64,000 bases of DNA. It comes from Planctomycetota bacterium. Its GTDB lineage: Bacteria > Planctomycetota > JAJSAM01 > JAJVHW01. The stretch lies in NCBI GenBank assembly GCA_965248445.1, contig CBDFJG010000004.1, positions 320,001 through 384,000 of the forward strand. The letters run 5' to 3'. The notes beneath the pieces are model-generated. The model made no database searches. It saw only the letters and a list, made by a program, of their open reading frames with translations, and was not told the DNA's origin. Positions 28,179 to 41,223 of the stretch are shown here, in pieces. The translations under genes were made by a program, and so were the position numbers. How positions within the stretch are numbered: the first letter of the stretch is position 1; every line of letters begins with the position of its first letter.

Positions 28179-28907
28179 CTACACGAGAGCGTTCTGAATC
28201 GCAGCGGCGACATCCGACGGCGCGCGGCCGGAGGTGTCGACGACGACGTCCGCTTCCGCGTAGAGCGGTTCGCGGTCGTCGAGGATGTCCCGCAGTTCGG
28301 CCATCGCGTCGTCGCGGTTCTCCATCGGGCGTCGGTCGCCCTGCAGTTCCACGCGGCGCATGTGGTCCTCCGAATCGGCGCGCAACCACACGGTGATGCA
28401 GTCGCGCTGCAACCGGTCGTAGGTGTCGCGGGCGGCGATGAGTCCGCCGCCGGTCGCGAGCACGGCCGGGCGGCCCTCGGACAGGAACTCCTCGAGTGCT
28501 TCGGCCTCGTGGCGGCGGTACAGCCGTTCACCGTGGACCGAGAAAATGTCGTAGAGCGAGAGGCCCGCGCGCTCCTCGATCAGCGCGTCGAGTTCGACGA
28601 ACGTCACGTCGAGCGCCTTGGCCAGCAGCGGACCCACGGTGCTCTTGCCCGCGCCGCGCAGGCCGAGCAGCGCAACGGTGCGCGCCCGTCCGGGCGCCAG
28701 GAGGTCCGCGGCGGTGGCGCCCAGCGCACGCGCGACGCGAGCGAGCTTCACGACGGAGATGTTCGCGCGGCCACCCTCCACGTCGCCCAGGAAGCGGGCC
28801 GACAGGCCGCTCTTGCCCGCAAGCGCCTCGCGGCTCCAGCCACGGGAGTTGCGGCGGGTGCGGACGTTCCGTCCGAGGGCGTGGAGAAGAGGGTCGGGCG
28901 GGCTCAC
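28179..28907 (-). CDS. boxR: BoxR/BzdR-type regulator (XRE HTH + shikimate-kinase-like domain)
   Basis: HTH SREALAGKSGLSARFLGDVEGGRANIS plus GLRGAGKSTVG P-loop; divergent from boxC. Confidence 0.88.
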   Translation of the reverse strand: MSPPDPLLHALGRNVRTRRNSRGWSREALAGKSGLSARFLGDVEGGRANISVVKLARVARALGATAADLLAPGRARTVALLGLRGAGKSTVGPLLAKALDVTFVELDALIEERAGLSLYDIFSVHGERLYRRHEAEALEEFLSEGRPAVLATGGGLIAARDTYDRLQRDCITVWLRADSEDHMRRVELQGDRRPMENRDDAMAELRDILDDREPLYAEADVVVDTSGRAPSDVAAAIQNALV

Positions 28908-28910
28908 ATG

Positions 28911-28956
28911 GGAACTATACTTCCGATGTGATGGCGAGCAACGGCAATATACTGCT
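28911..28956. promoter_or_regulatory. Two putative BoxR operator boxes
   Basis: GGAACTATACTTCC (28911-28924) and GGCAATATACTGCT (28943-28956), related imperfect palindromes in the boxR/boxC divergent region. Confidence 0.45.
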
Positions 28957-29051
28957 TGCTCCGCGCCGCTCCCTGACCTACGCTCAGGGACTCAGGTCCG
29001 CGCGGCTGGTCCCGCGCCCTCTTCCGACCCCCTTTCGTCCGGGAGGCCCCG

Positions 29052-30755
<1,704 letters not shown>

Positions 30756-30782
30756 GACCAACAAGACCAACAGGAGCACGCC

Positions 30783-32222
<1,440 letters not shown>

Positions 32223-32353
32223 GCGTATCGAGCCTGGGACACTTGCGTCCGGCTCGCGGGTTGTGAGTGTGGGTTGGCGCCCGTCCTCCGTAGGGGGACA
32301 GGTGCCTGCCGCCGTATCATGAGGGGTACGCCAGTCTGTCTCGGGTCACCACC

Positions 32354-32818
32354 ATGAAGCTCGCCATTCCCGTCATCCTGATCGTCCTCGGCCTCGCCGG
32401 GCTCATCTTCATGGGCATCGTCCAGGGCGGCGTGCCCGAGCTCCAGGTCACCGACGTCCTCGAGGGGGCGGCTCCGGACCGTGAGGTCAAGGTCCACGGG
32501 CGCCTCGCCCGCATCGACTCGTCGCTGCGGCCGCTGCGCTTCGCCGTGGCCGACAAGGAGCACCCCGGTAAGACGATCGAGGTCATCTGCGACGCGACGC
32601 GGCCGGACACGTTCCAGCTGACCTACGACGTCGCGGTGCAGGGCCGGTACGACGCCGACAAGGGCGTGTTCCGCGCCGACAAGGTGTTCACGAAGTGCCC
32701 GTCGAAGTACGAGGCCGAGGACAAGCTGCGCTCACCGGACCAGTATGCGCCGGAGTCCGGGCCGAAGCCGCCGCTCGAGGACGCGCGCGCGCCGGCGGGC
32801 GAAGACGAGGTCCGCTAG
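32354..32818 (+). CDS. ccmE: Haem chaperone CcmE, Cys-type (CxxxY)
   Basis: N-terminal TM, PDTF, TKCPSKYE. Confidence 0.88.
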   Translation: MKLAIPVILIVLGLAGLIFMGIVQGGVPELQVTDVLEGAAPDREVKVHGRLARIDSSLRPLRFAVADKEHPGKTIEVICDATRPDTFQLTYDVAVQGRYDADKGVFRADKVFTKCPSKYEAEDKLRSPDQYAPESGPKPPLEDARAPAGEDEVR

Positions 32819-32828
32819 CCGGACGTAG

Positions 32829-34916
32829 ATGACCGACCTCGACTTCTTCGGCCGCGGTCTCGAGCGGGCGGGACTGGCGCTGGCCGTCGCGACGGTGGTG
32901 CTCGGTCTCTGCGGCGCGTTCCTGCGCGACCGCCGCTTCGTCACGGCGTCGCGTCGCGCACTGATCGCAGGCGGTCTCGCCGCCGTCGGTGCCGCCGCGA
33001 TGCTCGTGCGCGCATTCTTCCTCGGCCAGTACGAGCTCGAGTACGTATTCGGGTACTCCGAGCGCAAACTCGACGGCGTCTACAAGTTCGCCGGGCTGTG
33101 GGCCGGGTTGCAGGGCTCGATCCTGTTCTGGACGATGCTGCTCGGCGTCATCGGGATCGTGCTGGCGTGGAGCTTCCGCAAGCGCGGCATGGATCCGTCG
33201 GGACGGCGGCTCGAACCGTACGTCTACGCCGTGTTCGCAGGCGTGCAGGTCTTCTTCTGGACCGTCATCTGCTTCGTCGAGGACCCGTTCACCCCGATGT
33301 CGGCCGACATGCTGGCGGGTCTCGGCAGCCAGGGCTTGCTCGTCAATGGCGTGCCCGGCGATGGCTCCGGCCTGACGCCGCTGCTCGAGAACTACTGGAT
33401 GACGATCCACCCGCCGAGCGTCTATCTCGGCTTTATTCTCTACACCGTGCCGTTCGCGTTCGGCATGGCGGCGCTGATGGCGGGCGAGTTCAGCTCGTAC
33501 TGGATACGAACCACGCGCCGGTGGACGCTCGTGGCGTGGCTCTTCAACACCAATGGCGTCGTGCTCGGCGGCCTGTGGGCGTACGAGGTGCTCGGATGGG
33601 GCGGCTACTGGGCCTGGGACCCGGTAGAGAACGCATCGTTCCTGCCGTGGCTGACGGGCACGGCGTTCCTGCACTCGGTGATGATCCAGGAGCGGCGCGA
33701 CATGCTCCGCGTGTGGAACTGCGTGCTCATCGCGACGACGTTCCTCCTCTCGATCTTCGGTACGTACCTGACCCGGTCGGGAATCGTCTCGTCGGTGCAC
33801 GCGTTCGCCGGGGGCGATGTCGGGGACTGGTTCCTCGGCTTCCTGTTCGTCATCGGCTTCATCTCCCTGTTCTTCATCGTGTTCCGCATGCAGCGTCTTC
33901 GGTCCGCGAACCGCATCGATTCGTTGCTGTCGCGTGAGGGCGTGTTCGTGCTGAACAACATGGTGCTCTGTGCGATCGCCGGTGCCATCGTCGTGCTCAC
34001 GCTCTGGCCGAAGATCTCGATGGAGTTCATGCGCAACCCGATCTCCGTAGGCGTGCCCGTCTACAACCAGGTCTGCACGCCGTTCTTCGTGCTCCTGCTG
34101 TTCCTGACCGCGATCGGACCGTCCACGGCGTGGGTGCGTACGTCGACGTCGCGGTTCTTCCGCAACCTGGCCTGGCCTGCCAGCGTCGCTTTGGTTCTGG
34201 CGGTTGCGACGCAGTATCTCGCCTACGTCGTGGTGCGCGGCGGCGACGGCGACGACCCGGTGACGATGCTCGATCACGTCTACCCGACGTTCATCGTGGC
34301 GTTCCTGGGCTGGTGGATCATCGCGTCGCTGTTCTGGGAGTTCCTGCGCACCACGAAGAACACGGCGCGGGGGTCGGGCGCACCGTGGTTCGCGTCGGCG
34401 GTCCGGGTGGTCACACGCAACAACCGGAGGTACGGCGGCTACGTCGTGCACTGCGGGCTGGCAGTTCTCGCGATCGGCGTGGTGTGCTCGTCCATGTACA
34501 AGGTCACGAAGGAGGTGCGCGTCAAGGAGGCCGGGAGCGCGCGGATCGGGCCGTACGTGCTGCACGTCGACGATGCCCGGAGAGATGTGCCCATCTCGGC
34601 GTACACGGCGACACAGGTGGACGTTCGGCTCACGCGCGACGGAACCGAGGTCGCGCAGATGTCACCGGAGCAGCGCTGGTATCCACCCACGGGCTACCGT
34701 GCACGAGGGGAGCCGATGACGACGGTCGAGATCCACCGTCGCGCGGGCGAGGACGTCTACGTCTACTTCCAGAACGCCCAGAGCGGCGGGTACGTCTTCA
34801 CGGTGTTCCGCAATCCGCTGATCTCGCTGGTGTGGATGGGCTGGTTGATCATGATCGCCGGCGGCCTGCTGGCCATGGCGCCCATGGGGCGGAAGAGAAT
34901 CGGCCTTGCGGAGTAG
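32829..34916 (+). CDS. ccmF: Cytochrome c haem lyase CcmF
   Basis: WAGLQGS, IHPP, WAYEVLGWGGYWAWDPVENASFLPWL, SVHAF. Confidence 0.97.
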   Translation: MTDLDFFGRGLERAGLALAVATVVLGLCGAFLRDRRFVTASRRALIAGGLAAVGAAAMLVRAFFLGQYELEYVFGYSERKLDGVYKFAGLWAGLQGSILFWTMLLGVIGIVLAWSFRKRGMDPSGRRLEPYVYAVFAGVQVFFWTVICFVEDPFTPMSADMLAGLGSQGLLVNGVPGDGSGLTPLLENYWMTIHPPSVYLGFILYTVPFAFGMAALMAGEFSSYWIRTTRRWTLVAWLFNTNGVVLGGLWAYEVLGWGGYWAWDPVENASFLPWLTGTAFLHSVMIQERRDMLRVWNCVLIATTFLLSIFGTYLTRSGIVSSVHAFAGGDVGDWFLGFLFVIGFISLFFIVFRMQRLRSANRIDSLLSREGVFVLNNMVLCAIAGAIVVLTLWPKISMEFMRNPISVGVPVYNQVCTPFFVLLLFLTAIGPSTAWVRTSTSRFFRNLAWPASVALVLAVATQYLAYVVVRGGDGDDPVTMLDHVYPTFIVAFLGWWIIASLFWEFLRTTKNTARGSGAPWFASAVRVVTRNNRRYGGYVVHCGLAVLAIGVVCSSMYKVTKEVRVKEAGSARIGPYVLHVDDARRDVPISAYTATQVDVRLTRDGTEVAQMSPEQRWYPPTGYRARGEPMTTVEIHRRAGEDVYVYFQNAQSGGYVFTVFRNPLISLVWMGWLIMIAGGLLAMAPMGRKRIGLAE

Positions 34917-35424
34917 CGCGCAAGCCATCGTCGTGTTCGCACTGCTGGCAGCGCTCGCGGTGGCGGCGTTCGCGCAGGACGACAGCGGCGACGCCCACGC
35001 GGACGGCGGACGGATGCTGCTGACGGAACTGGATAGCGAGATGCGCCCCCGTGTGCGATCGCTCTGGTCTCGCGTCGTGTGCGCGTGCAAGCGGGAGAAC
35101 TGGTCTAGGTCGCTGCTGCACTGCCCTGACGGGTGCGCCGACCAGCAGAAGAACACGATCGCCACGCGCGTTTCCGAGGGCTGGGGCGACACGGAGATCC
35201 TGGCCGAGCAGCGGAACCGCCACGGACCCAAGGTGATCGGCGCGCCGGACAGCACCTCCACCTACCTGATGCCGTTCCTGGTCCTCGCGGCCGCCGGAGT
35301 CCTCGCAGTGTTGACGCTACTGCACATGCGAGGCAAGCCGTCCACGGCGTCGAAGACCAAGGCCTCGGATGCGAGCGACGACGAGGTCTCCGCCGTGCTG
35401 CGTGAGCTCGAGGAGATCGACTGA
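34906..35424 (+). CDS. ccmH: CcmH/CcmL-like cytochrome c biogenesis protein
   Basis: Signal peptide, CAC...CPDGC, G...TEIL....HGPKVIGAP, C-terminal TM; position after ccmF. Confidence 0.72.
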   Translation: MRSSAQAIVVFALLAALAVAAFAQDDSGDAHADGGRMLLTELDSEMRPRVRSLWSRVVCACKRENWSRSLLHCPDGCADQQKNTIATRVSEGWGDTEILAEQRNRHGPKVIGAPDSTSTYLMPFLVLAAAGVLAVLTLLHMRGKPSTASKTKASDASDDEVSAVLRELEEID

Positions 35425-35425
35425 G

Positions 35426-35740
35426 GTGTGGATCGCGTTCCTGCTGGTGTTCGTGCTCGGCGTGCTCGCGTTCATCGTGACGCCGCTCTTCCGTCCCGCG
35501 GAGTCATGGGAAGTGCCGGGGAAGCAGAGCGAGCTCGACCGGCTGCTGGACGAGAAGGCGCGCACGCTGCGCACGCTCAAGGACCTGGCGTCCGAGTTTC
35601 GCGCGGAGCTGATGGACGAGGCGTCGTATGACGCCGCTCGGCAGGAGTACATCCATGATGCGGTGGAGCTGAACCGCGACATCGCGAAGCTGACGGGCAC
35701 CGACCCGTCGCGCATGCAGGACGAGGGCATCTCGACGTGA
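35426..35740 (+). CDS. Small CcmI-N-like membrane protein
   Basis: TM followed by LRTLKDL.SEF..ELMDE.SY helical motif. Confidence 0.6.
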   Translation: MWIAFLLVFVLGVLAFIVTPLFRPAESWEVPGKQSELDRLLDEKARTLRTLKDLASEFRAELMDEASYDAARQEYIHDAVELNRDIAKLTGTDPSRMQDEGIST

Positions 35741-37137
35741 GGAAGATCCTCGCTGCGACGCTCGGTTGCGCCCTGATGGGGGCACTCGCCGTGCCGGTGT
35801 GCGCGCAGGACGGCGATCCGCCGCCGCCGTCTTTCGAGAGGGACGTTGTCGACACCAACGATGGTGACCTCGTCGTCGACGCACGGGCAGTCGACTTCTC
35901 GACGATGCTCGGCGCTTCTCATGGGGCGGGCGGCAGTGCTCCCGTGGACGTGCCGATCCCCGACGCTCTCGTGCGCGTGCTCACTCGTGCACCGGGTGCC
36001 GAGATGCAGACCGTCGAGAGCCGAACAGACGCGGACGGGTTCTTCCATGCTGTGATTCCAGCGCCGGCACCAGGCGCGATCGTCGAGTTCCTGATCTTCC
36101 CGGGAGAGGACGGGGAGGAACAGGAGGGGTTCTACGCGCGGCCCTGGACCGTGGACGACGGCCCGCCGCCCACGGCCATGCGCTGCTATCGAGTCACACT
36201 CGACCCGAGCGTTCTGCGCATCGTGATGATGAACCAGGTGCTCACGACGCTCGACAAGAGCGACGGGCGTGTGGCACATCTGCGCACGATCGCCACGGTT
36301 CGAAATCTCGACTTCGACTTCCGCGTGTTTTTCGGATTCGGAGACGGCGTGGAGGGCGGCGCGCCCGTCTCCATTCCGCTCCCGCACGGGTTCGATCTCA
36401 AGACCGCATTGGTGAATGACGCGCAGACAGAGCCGCAGACTGCCGGCGGGCCGCACGGCGGCAACTCCTTCGTCTTCCAGGGCGCCGTGTTCCCGAGCAT
36501 CCCCGAGATCGATCCGGGCGTGTCCGTGCACCTCGTCGCCACCGCGCCACTCGACAGCAGCTCGAAGTACGACTTCTCGTTCCACCCGGAGCTCGCGGTT
36601 TCGCGGTACATGCTGAACGTCGAAGAGTCGGCGTTCCACGTGACGCTGCCCGAGGACGCGACCGTCACGATCTACGACGCCGGTGTGAACCCGCCTATGG
36701 GTGCGCAGCAGCGGATCACGCGCACATTCGCCGTCGAGGGTCTGCCCGCGCACGCCGACGTGCGTATCACCGTCCACGAGGGCGCGCCGTTCCCGAAGAA
36801 GGCGGTTCTGTGGACCGCCATCATTGGGCTGACGGTGCTCGCCGGGGTCTTCCTGGGTCTCGCCGCCCGCCGGGCCGCCGCGGGTCGCGCCGAGCGAGCC
36901 GACGCGGTGGCATCCAGCACGCCGCGGACAGAGCTCGACCGCCAGCTCGAGCGCGGAGAGATCACGTCCGTGGAGCACGGCATTCGCGCTCGGGCACTTC
37001 CTGCGGCCGTGCCGGCGGGAGTTGCGGCCACCCTTGCCGGCATCGAGAGTCGTGCCGACGAGTCGTCGGAGGCGCAATTGCGTGATGACGTTCGCACGTT
37101 GGCGCGAGTCCTGCGCGACCTGCTGGAAGGACGATGA
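35737..37137 (+). CDS. Exported membrane-anchored protein in the ccm operon
   Basis: Signal peptide, beta-rich body, C-terminal TM; GTGA/ATGA overlaps on both sides. Confidence 0.65.
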   Translation: MRKILAATLGCALMGALAVPVCAQDGDPPPPSFERDVVDTNDGDLVVDARAVDFSTMLGASHGAGGSAPVDVPIPDALVRVLTRAPGAEMQTVESRTDADGFFHAVIPAPAPGAIVEFLIFPGEDGEEQEGFYARPWTVDDGPPPTAMRCYRVTLDPSVLRIVMMNQVLTTLDKSDGRVAHLRTIATVRNLDFDFRVFFGFGDGVEGGAPVSIPLPHGFDLKTALVNDAQTEPQTAGGPHGGNSFVFQGAVFPSIPEIDPGVSVHLVATAPLDSSSKYDFSFHPELAVSRYMLNVEESAFHVTLPEDATVTIYDAGVNPPMGAQQRITRTFAVEGLPAHADVRITVHEGAPFPKKAVLWTAIIGLTVLAGVFLGLAARRAAAGRAERADAVASSTPRTELDRQLERGEITSVEHGIRARALPAAVPAGVAATLAGIESRADESSEAQLRDDVRTLARVLRDLLEGR

Positions 37138-37826
37138 GCACGGCCGCGGTTTCCGTCCGCGCGCTCTGGAAGCGCTTCGGCCACCGCGATGCGCTGTCGA
37201 GTGTGACGTTCGAGGCGCCCGTCGGCACCTGTACCGCGGTGCTCGGACCCAACGGTTCCGGCAAGACGACGCTCCTGCGAATCGTGGCGACCCTGGCGAG
37301 TGCAAACGAGGGTGATGTCTCGGTGCTCGGCCGCGCACTCCCCGCCGAGGCGCTGGCCGTCCGTGCGAACATCGGTGTGGTCCTGCGTCGCACACTGCTT
37401 CCCGGCGCGATGCGCCTGGGGGATGCGCTCCGACTGCACGCGGATCTCTTCGGCGTCCGCGATGCGCCGTCGCGCATCTCGACGCTGCTGGATCGCGCCG
37501 GTATTGCCACACGAGAGCGGGACCCGGTGCGCACGCTCTCCCGCGGCATGGCGCAGCGCGCCTCTCTCTGTCGTGCGCTGCTGCACGACCCCGAGTTGCT
37601 TCTGCTCGACGAGCCCTACACCGGACTCGATGTCGGCGCGTCGGACGTCGTGGACGAGATCGTGCGGGAGCGCGTTGCGGCGGGAAACAGCGTGCTGCTC
37701 GTGACGCACGATCTCGAGCGCGCCGCGGACCTTGCCTCCCACGCGGTGGTGCTGGATCGCGGCCGCGTCGTCTACGTCGGGAACCCGAAGAACGCGGCGG
37801 TGTCGGCAGCCGAGGCCGCTGCGTGA
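37134..37826 (+). CDS. ccmA: Haem ABC exporter ATPase
   Basis: GPNGSGKTT, LSRGMAQR, LLLDEPYTGLD. Confidence 0.9.
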   Translation: MSTAAVSVRALWKRFGHRDALSSVTFEAPVGTCTAVLGPNGSGKTTLLRIVATLASANEGDVSVLGRALPAEALAVRANIGVVLRRTLLPGAMRLGDALRLHADLFGVRDAPSRISTLLDRAGIATRERDPVRTLSRGMAQRASLCRALLHDPELLLLDEPYTGLDVGASDVVDEIVRERVAAGNSVLLVTHDLERAADLASHAVVLDRGRVVYVGNPKNAAVSAAEAAA

Positions 37827-38521
37827 GCGCACCGACGTCCCTGGCCGCCTACGGCTCGCTGGTCTGCTGGGACTGGCGCCGCGAGATGCTGCGCAAGAAC
37901 ACGCTGCTCGCCATGGGGATGATGGGTCTGATCACGCTGTTCCTGTTCTCGTTCGCGATGCCCACCAGCGAAGCCGTCCTGGCCGAGACGCGCGCGGGCA
38001 TCCTCTGGGTCACGTTCCTGCTGGCCGCCACGATCGGCATCGACCGTGCGTTCCGCGACGACGGCGTCGACGGCCTGCTCGAGGGCCTCCTGCTCGCGCC
38101 CATCGCGCGCCCCGTCCTCTACTACGCGAAGGTGACGTCCACGTTCACGTTCGTCGTCGCCCTGCAGGTCGTCCTCCTCGTGCTGTTCCTGGTCTTGTTC
38201 GACCAGAGCGTCGGAGGCGCACAGCTGGCGGGCCTGGCTGGTGCGGCGCTCGCAGTCGATCTCGCTTTCGTCGCAGCGGGCGTGCTCGTCGGCGCCATGA
38301 CGTGGTCGCTGCCGGGCGGAGATGTGCTGCTGCGCATCCTCCTCTTCCCGCTGCTCTTGCCGGTGTTTGCGATCGCGGTGGGAATCGCTGATCGCGCGTT
38401 CGACGGCGAGGTTCCCACGCTGAGCCAGATCGGCACGCTCGTGGCCGTGGATCTCGTCTTCCTGGGTGCGGGGCACCTGCTGTTCGAACATCTCGTGCAC
38501 GACGTGGGGAGCGACGCATGA
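37823..38521 (+). CDS. ccmB: Haem exporter membrane subunit
   Basis: Six TM segments, GILW, DGLLEGLLLAP, LLFPLLLP. Confidence 0.88.
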   Translation: MSAPTSLAAYGSLVCWDWRREMLRKNTLLAMGMMGLITLFLFSFAMPTSEAVLAETRAGILWVTFLLAATIGIDRAFRDDGVDGLLEGLLLAPIARPVLYYAKVTSTFTFVVALQVVLLVLFLVLFDQSVGGAQLAGLAGAALAVDLAFVAAGVLVGAMTWSLPGGDVLLRILLFPLLLPVFAIAVGIADRAFDGEVPTLSQIGTLVAVDLVFLGAGHLLFEHLVHDVGSDA

Positions 38522-39267
38522 GCGCGGACAGCAGCAAAGAGGGCGCGTTCCCGTTTGTCGGGGGCTTCCCTGCGCGCGGGTTCGCGGTCCACGCTGTGCT
38601 CGCGCTGCTGATGCTGCTCGCCTTGAACTCTCTGGTGGCGACGTACGTCCCGTTCTGGATCAAGGGCATTGGCGCGTCGTACCTGATCTTCTTCTATCAC
38701 TTCCCCGCGGCGATCAATGTCTTCGTGTTCTACGGCGCGGTGGCCGGCGCGAGCGCGCTGTACCTGAAGACGCGCAACCCCGTCTGGGACGTGCGCGCGC
38801 GCGCGGCCGCGGGAGTTGGAGTGCTTGCCAATGCCGTGCTCCTCCTGACCGGTTCGACGTGGGCGAAGGCCGCCTGGAATCAGTGGTGGATCTGGGACGA
38901 CCCGCGGCTGATGAGCGCAGCCGTCATGTCGCTGACCTACGTCGGGTACCTGTTCCTGCACGGCGCCTTCGACGACCACGACCGGCGCCGCCAGGTCGCG
39001 GCAGTGTTCGGCGTCATCGCGTTCATCAACGTGCCGATCGTCCACTTCGCGATCAAGTGGTTCGGTGTGACGAACCACCCGCTCAAGTTCGACGGCCTGT
39101 CGTCGGACATGACGATCGTGCAGACCCGCTGGTACGGCGTCGTCGCGTTCTTCGTCTTCTACCTGCTTCTCTACCGCCTGGCCTTCGACCGCAAGTCGGT
39201 CGCCGATCGCACGGAGGCGGCACTGGCGCGCGTCCGGCGCGTCGAGGAATCCGGAGGAACCCGATGA
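38518..39267 (+). CDS. ccmC: Haem exporter protein C
   Basis: IFFYHFP, TGSTWAKAAWNQWWIWDDPRL (WWD domain), NVPIVH, NHP. Confidence 0.93.
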   Translation: MSADSSKEGAFPFVGGFPARGFAVHAVLALLMLLALNSLVATYVPFWIKGIGASYLIFFYHFPAAINVFVFYGAVAGASALYLKTRNPVWDVRARAAAGVGVLANAVLLLTGSTWAKAAWNQWWIWDDPRLMSAAVMSLTYVGYLFLHGAFDDHDRRRQVAAVFGVIAFINVPIVHFAIKWFGVTNHPLKFDGLSSDMTIVQTRWYGVVAFFVFYLLLYRLAFDRKSVADRTEAALARVRRVEESGGTR

Positions 39268-39497
39268 GCCGACCGATCGCCGCTGTTCTCCTCCTGCTCC
39301 TCGCCGCGCCTGCTCTGGCCCAGGACGGCAGCGAGCCACCGGTCAGTGACTACCGCGGGGCGGTCTACACCGCGTGCTCGCTGGTGTTCGCCGCGATCCT
39401 GATCTACCTGATTCTCGCGCACCGCAGTGCGGCCCGCGCGGCCAGTGATCTGGCGCACCTCGAACGCCGCGTCGCTGCACTGGACGAGCGCGGCTAG
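39264..39497 (+). CDS. ccmD: CcmD-like small membrane protein
   Basis: ATGA overlap with ccmC; TM followed by a short coiled coil. Confidence 0.55.
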   Translation: MSRPIAAVLLLLLAAPALAQDGSEPPVSDYRGAVYTACSLVFAAILIYLILAHRSAARAASDLAHLERRVAALDERG

Positions 39498-40057
39498 GCG
39501 CGGGAGTCCCAGGTCACGTCCTCGACGCCCTTGTCCGCGTTCTCGGTGCGGCACGCCACGAACAGCAGGTCCGACAGACGGTTGACGTAGGCAACGGTGT
39601 AGGACCCGACCTGCTCCTCACGCGCGAGCGTCACGAGGAGACGCTCCGCCCGCCGACAGATCGTGCGGGCCAGGTGCAGGCGCGCCGCACCCTCGCTGCC
39701 GCCCGGCAGGATGAAGTTCGAGAGCGGCTCCAGGTCCTCTTGCAGCCCGTCGATGTCCGCCTCGAGCGCCGTGACGTGCCGCTCCTCTATCTGCGGCACG
39801 GGCATCTTGTCCTTGTCCTCTTCGAGCACGCACAGGTCGGAGCCGAGGTGGAACAACTCGTTCTGCACACGCCGGAACGTCGCGTCGAGGACCCCGGCAA
39901 GTCCGGCAGCCAGCGCCACTCCGAGCGCGGAGTTCAGTTCGTCCACCGTGCCGTAGCACGCGATGCGGAGCGCGTCCTTGGCGAGGCGCTGACCGCCGCC
40001 GAGCGCCGTCGTCCCGTCGTCACCCGTGCGGGTGTAGACCTTCGTGATGCGTGGCAT
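39494..40057 (-). CDS. pduO: PduO-type ATP:cob(I)alamin adenosyltransferase
   Basis: KVYTRTGDDGTT, YGTVDELNS, FILPGG, RTICRRAER, YVNRLSDLLF. Confidence 0.95.
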   Translation of the reverse strand: MPRITKVYTRTGDDGTTALGGGQRLAKDALRIACYGTVDELNSALGVALAAGLAGVLDATFRRVQNELFHLGSDLCVLEEDKDKMPVPQIEERHVTALEADIDGLQEDLEPLSNFILPGGSEGAARLHLARTICRRAERLLVTLAREEQVGSYTVAYVNRLSDLLFVACRTENADKGVEDVTWDSRA

Positions 40058-40119
40058 GCAGGAAGGCTACGCGACCCGCGCGCCCGGGTCGCGGTCTCCG
40101 GATCGCGTATCCTCTGACC

Positions 40120-41223
40120 ATGCGTGGAGGGCGCCTGCTTGTCGTGTTGCTGATCGTCGGGGTCGTGTGCGCGTCGGTCTGGGCCGGGGTGCTGGTGCTC
40201 TCCGGTGGTGGCGAGGACGCGGACGGCGAGGCGCAGGCTCCTGACGTTGCGGGGATCGAACGCGGCGGAGAGGTACTGAGTGACGGACCGTCGGACGAGC
40301 ACGCTCGTGACAACGAGCGGGTCGTGTCCCCGGTCCGGCCGCCCGCGGCAGGCGAAGGGCCGGAGCGTGAGCGCGAGCGCGTCGATCCAACGCGCGGTTG
40401 GCGCACGGCGCGCGCGCAGTTGCAGGATGCCGCGTGGTGGGCATCGGCGTCGAGCGCGGACCGGCGGGAGGTCGCCGAGGTGATCGAGGCGCGCGCGACC
40501 GGCTTCGCATTCCAGGCCGTCCGGACCTACGAGAGCGGCGATCAGAAGCATGCGGTCGCCGTGTTCAAGCACGCCCGAAGCCGGATGGAGTTCGTGCTGC
40601 TAGCCGGCGGCACGTTCCAGATGGGCTCGCCGACCGACGAACCCGGCCATCAGTCGGACGAGACGCAGCACGACGTGACGCTCTCGCCGTTCCTCATCGC
40701 GCGCACCGAGGTGCCGCAGCGTGCGTGGGCCCGTGAGTTCAAGATCGTGCCGTCGCGGTGGGACGGGGACAACCTGCCGGTCGAGGGCGTGAAGTGGGGG
40801 CAGGCACAGCGCTACTGCGAACGCGTGGGACTCTCGCTGCCCACGGAGGCGCAGTGGGAGTACGCGTGCCGCGGCGGCGAAGCCGGCCCGTGGTCGTTCG
40901 GCGGAGACGTACGAAAGCTCGGCGACCACGCCTGGTTCAACAAGAACGGAGGCAGTCGGACGCACCGGGTCGGCAAGAAGCGCCCCAACGCGTATGGACT
41001 CCACGACATGCACGGCAACGTCTGGGAGTGGTGCCTCGATCGCCACGCGATCCTGCCGTTCGAGCCGCAGACTGATCCGATCGGTCCGGCCGAGGGCTCA
41101 GCGTGGGTCATCAAGGGCGGCAGCTACTGGGACGGGGACACCGGCACCCGCTCCGCCCGTCGGCTGGGCTGGAACGTGTCGCAGCAGAACGTGGGTTTCC
41201 GCCCGGTTCTCAGATTGGACTGA
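40120..41223 (+). CDS. FGE/sulfatase-modifying-factor domain protein with N-terminal anchor
   Basis: GGTFQMGS, LPTEAQWEYACRG, PNAYGLHDMHGNVWEWC, GFRPV. Confidence 0.9.
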   Translation: MRGGRLLVVLLIVGVVCASVWAGVLVLSGGGEDADGEAQAPDVAGIERGGEVLSDGPSDEHARDNERVVSPVRPPAAGEGPERERERVDPTRGWRTARAQLQDAAWWASASSADRREVAEVIEARATGFAFQAVRTYESGDQKHAVAVFKHARSRMEFVLLAGGTFQMGSPTDEPGHQSDETQHDVTLSPFLIARTEVPQRAWAREFKIVPSRWDGDNLPVEGVKWGQAQRYCERVGLSLPTEAQWEYACRGGEAGPWSFGGDVRKLGDHAWFNKNGGSRTHRVGKKRPNAYGLHDMHGNVWEWCLDRHAILPFEPQTDPIGPAEGSAWVIKGGSYWDGDTGTRSARRLGWNVSQQNVGFRPVLRLD

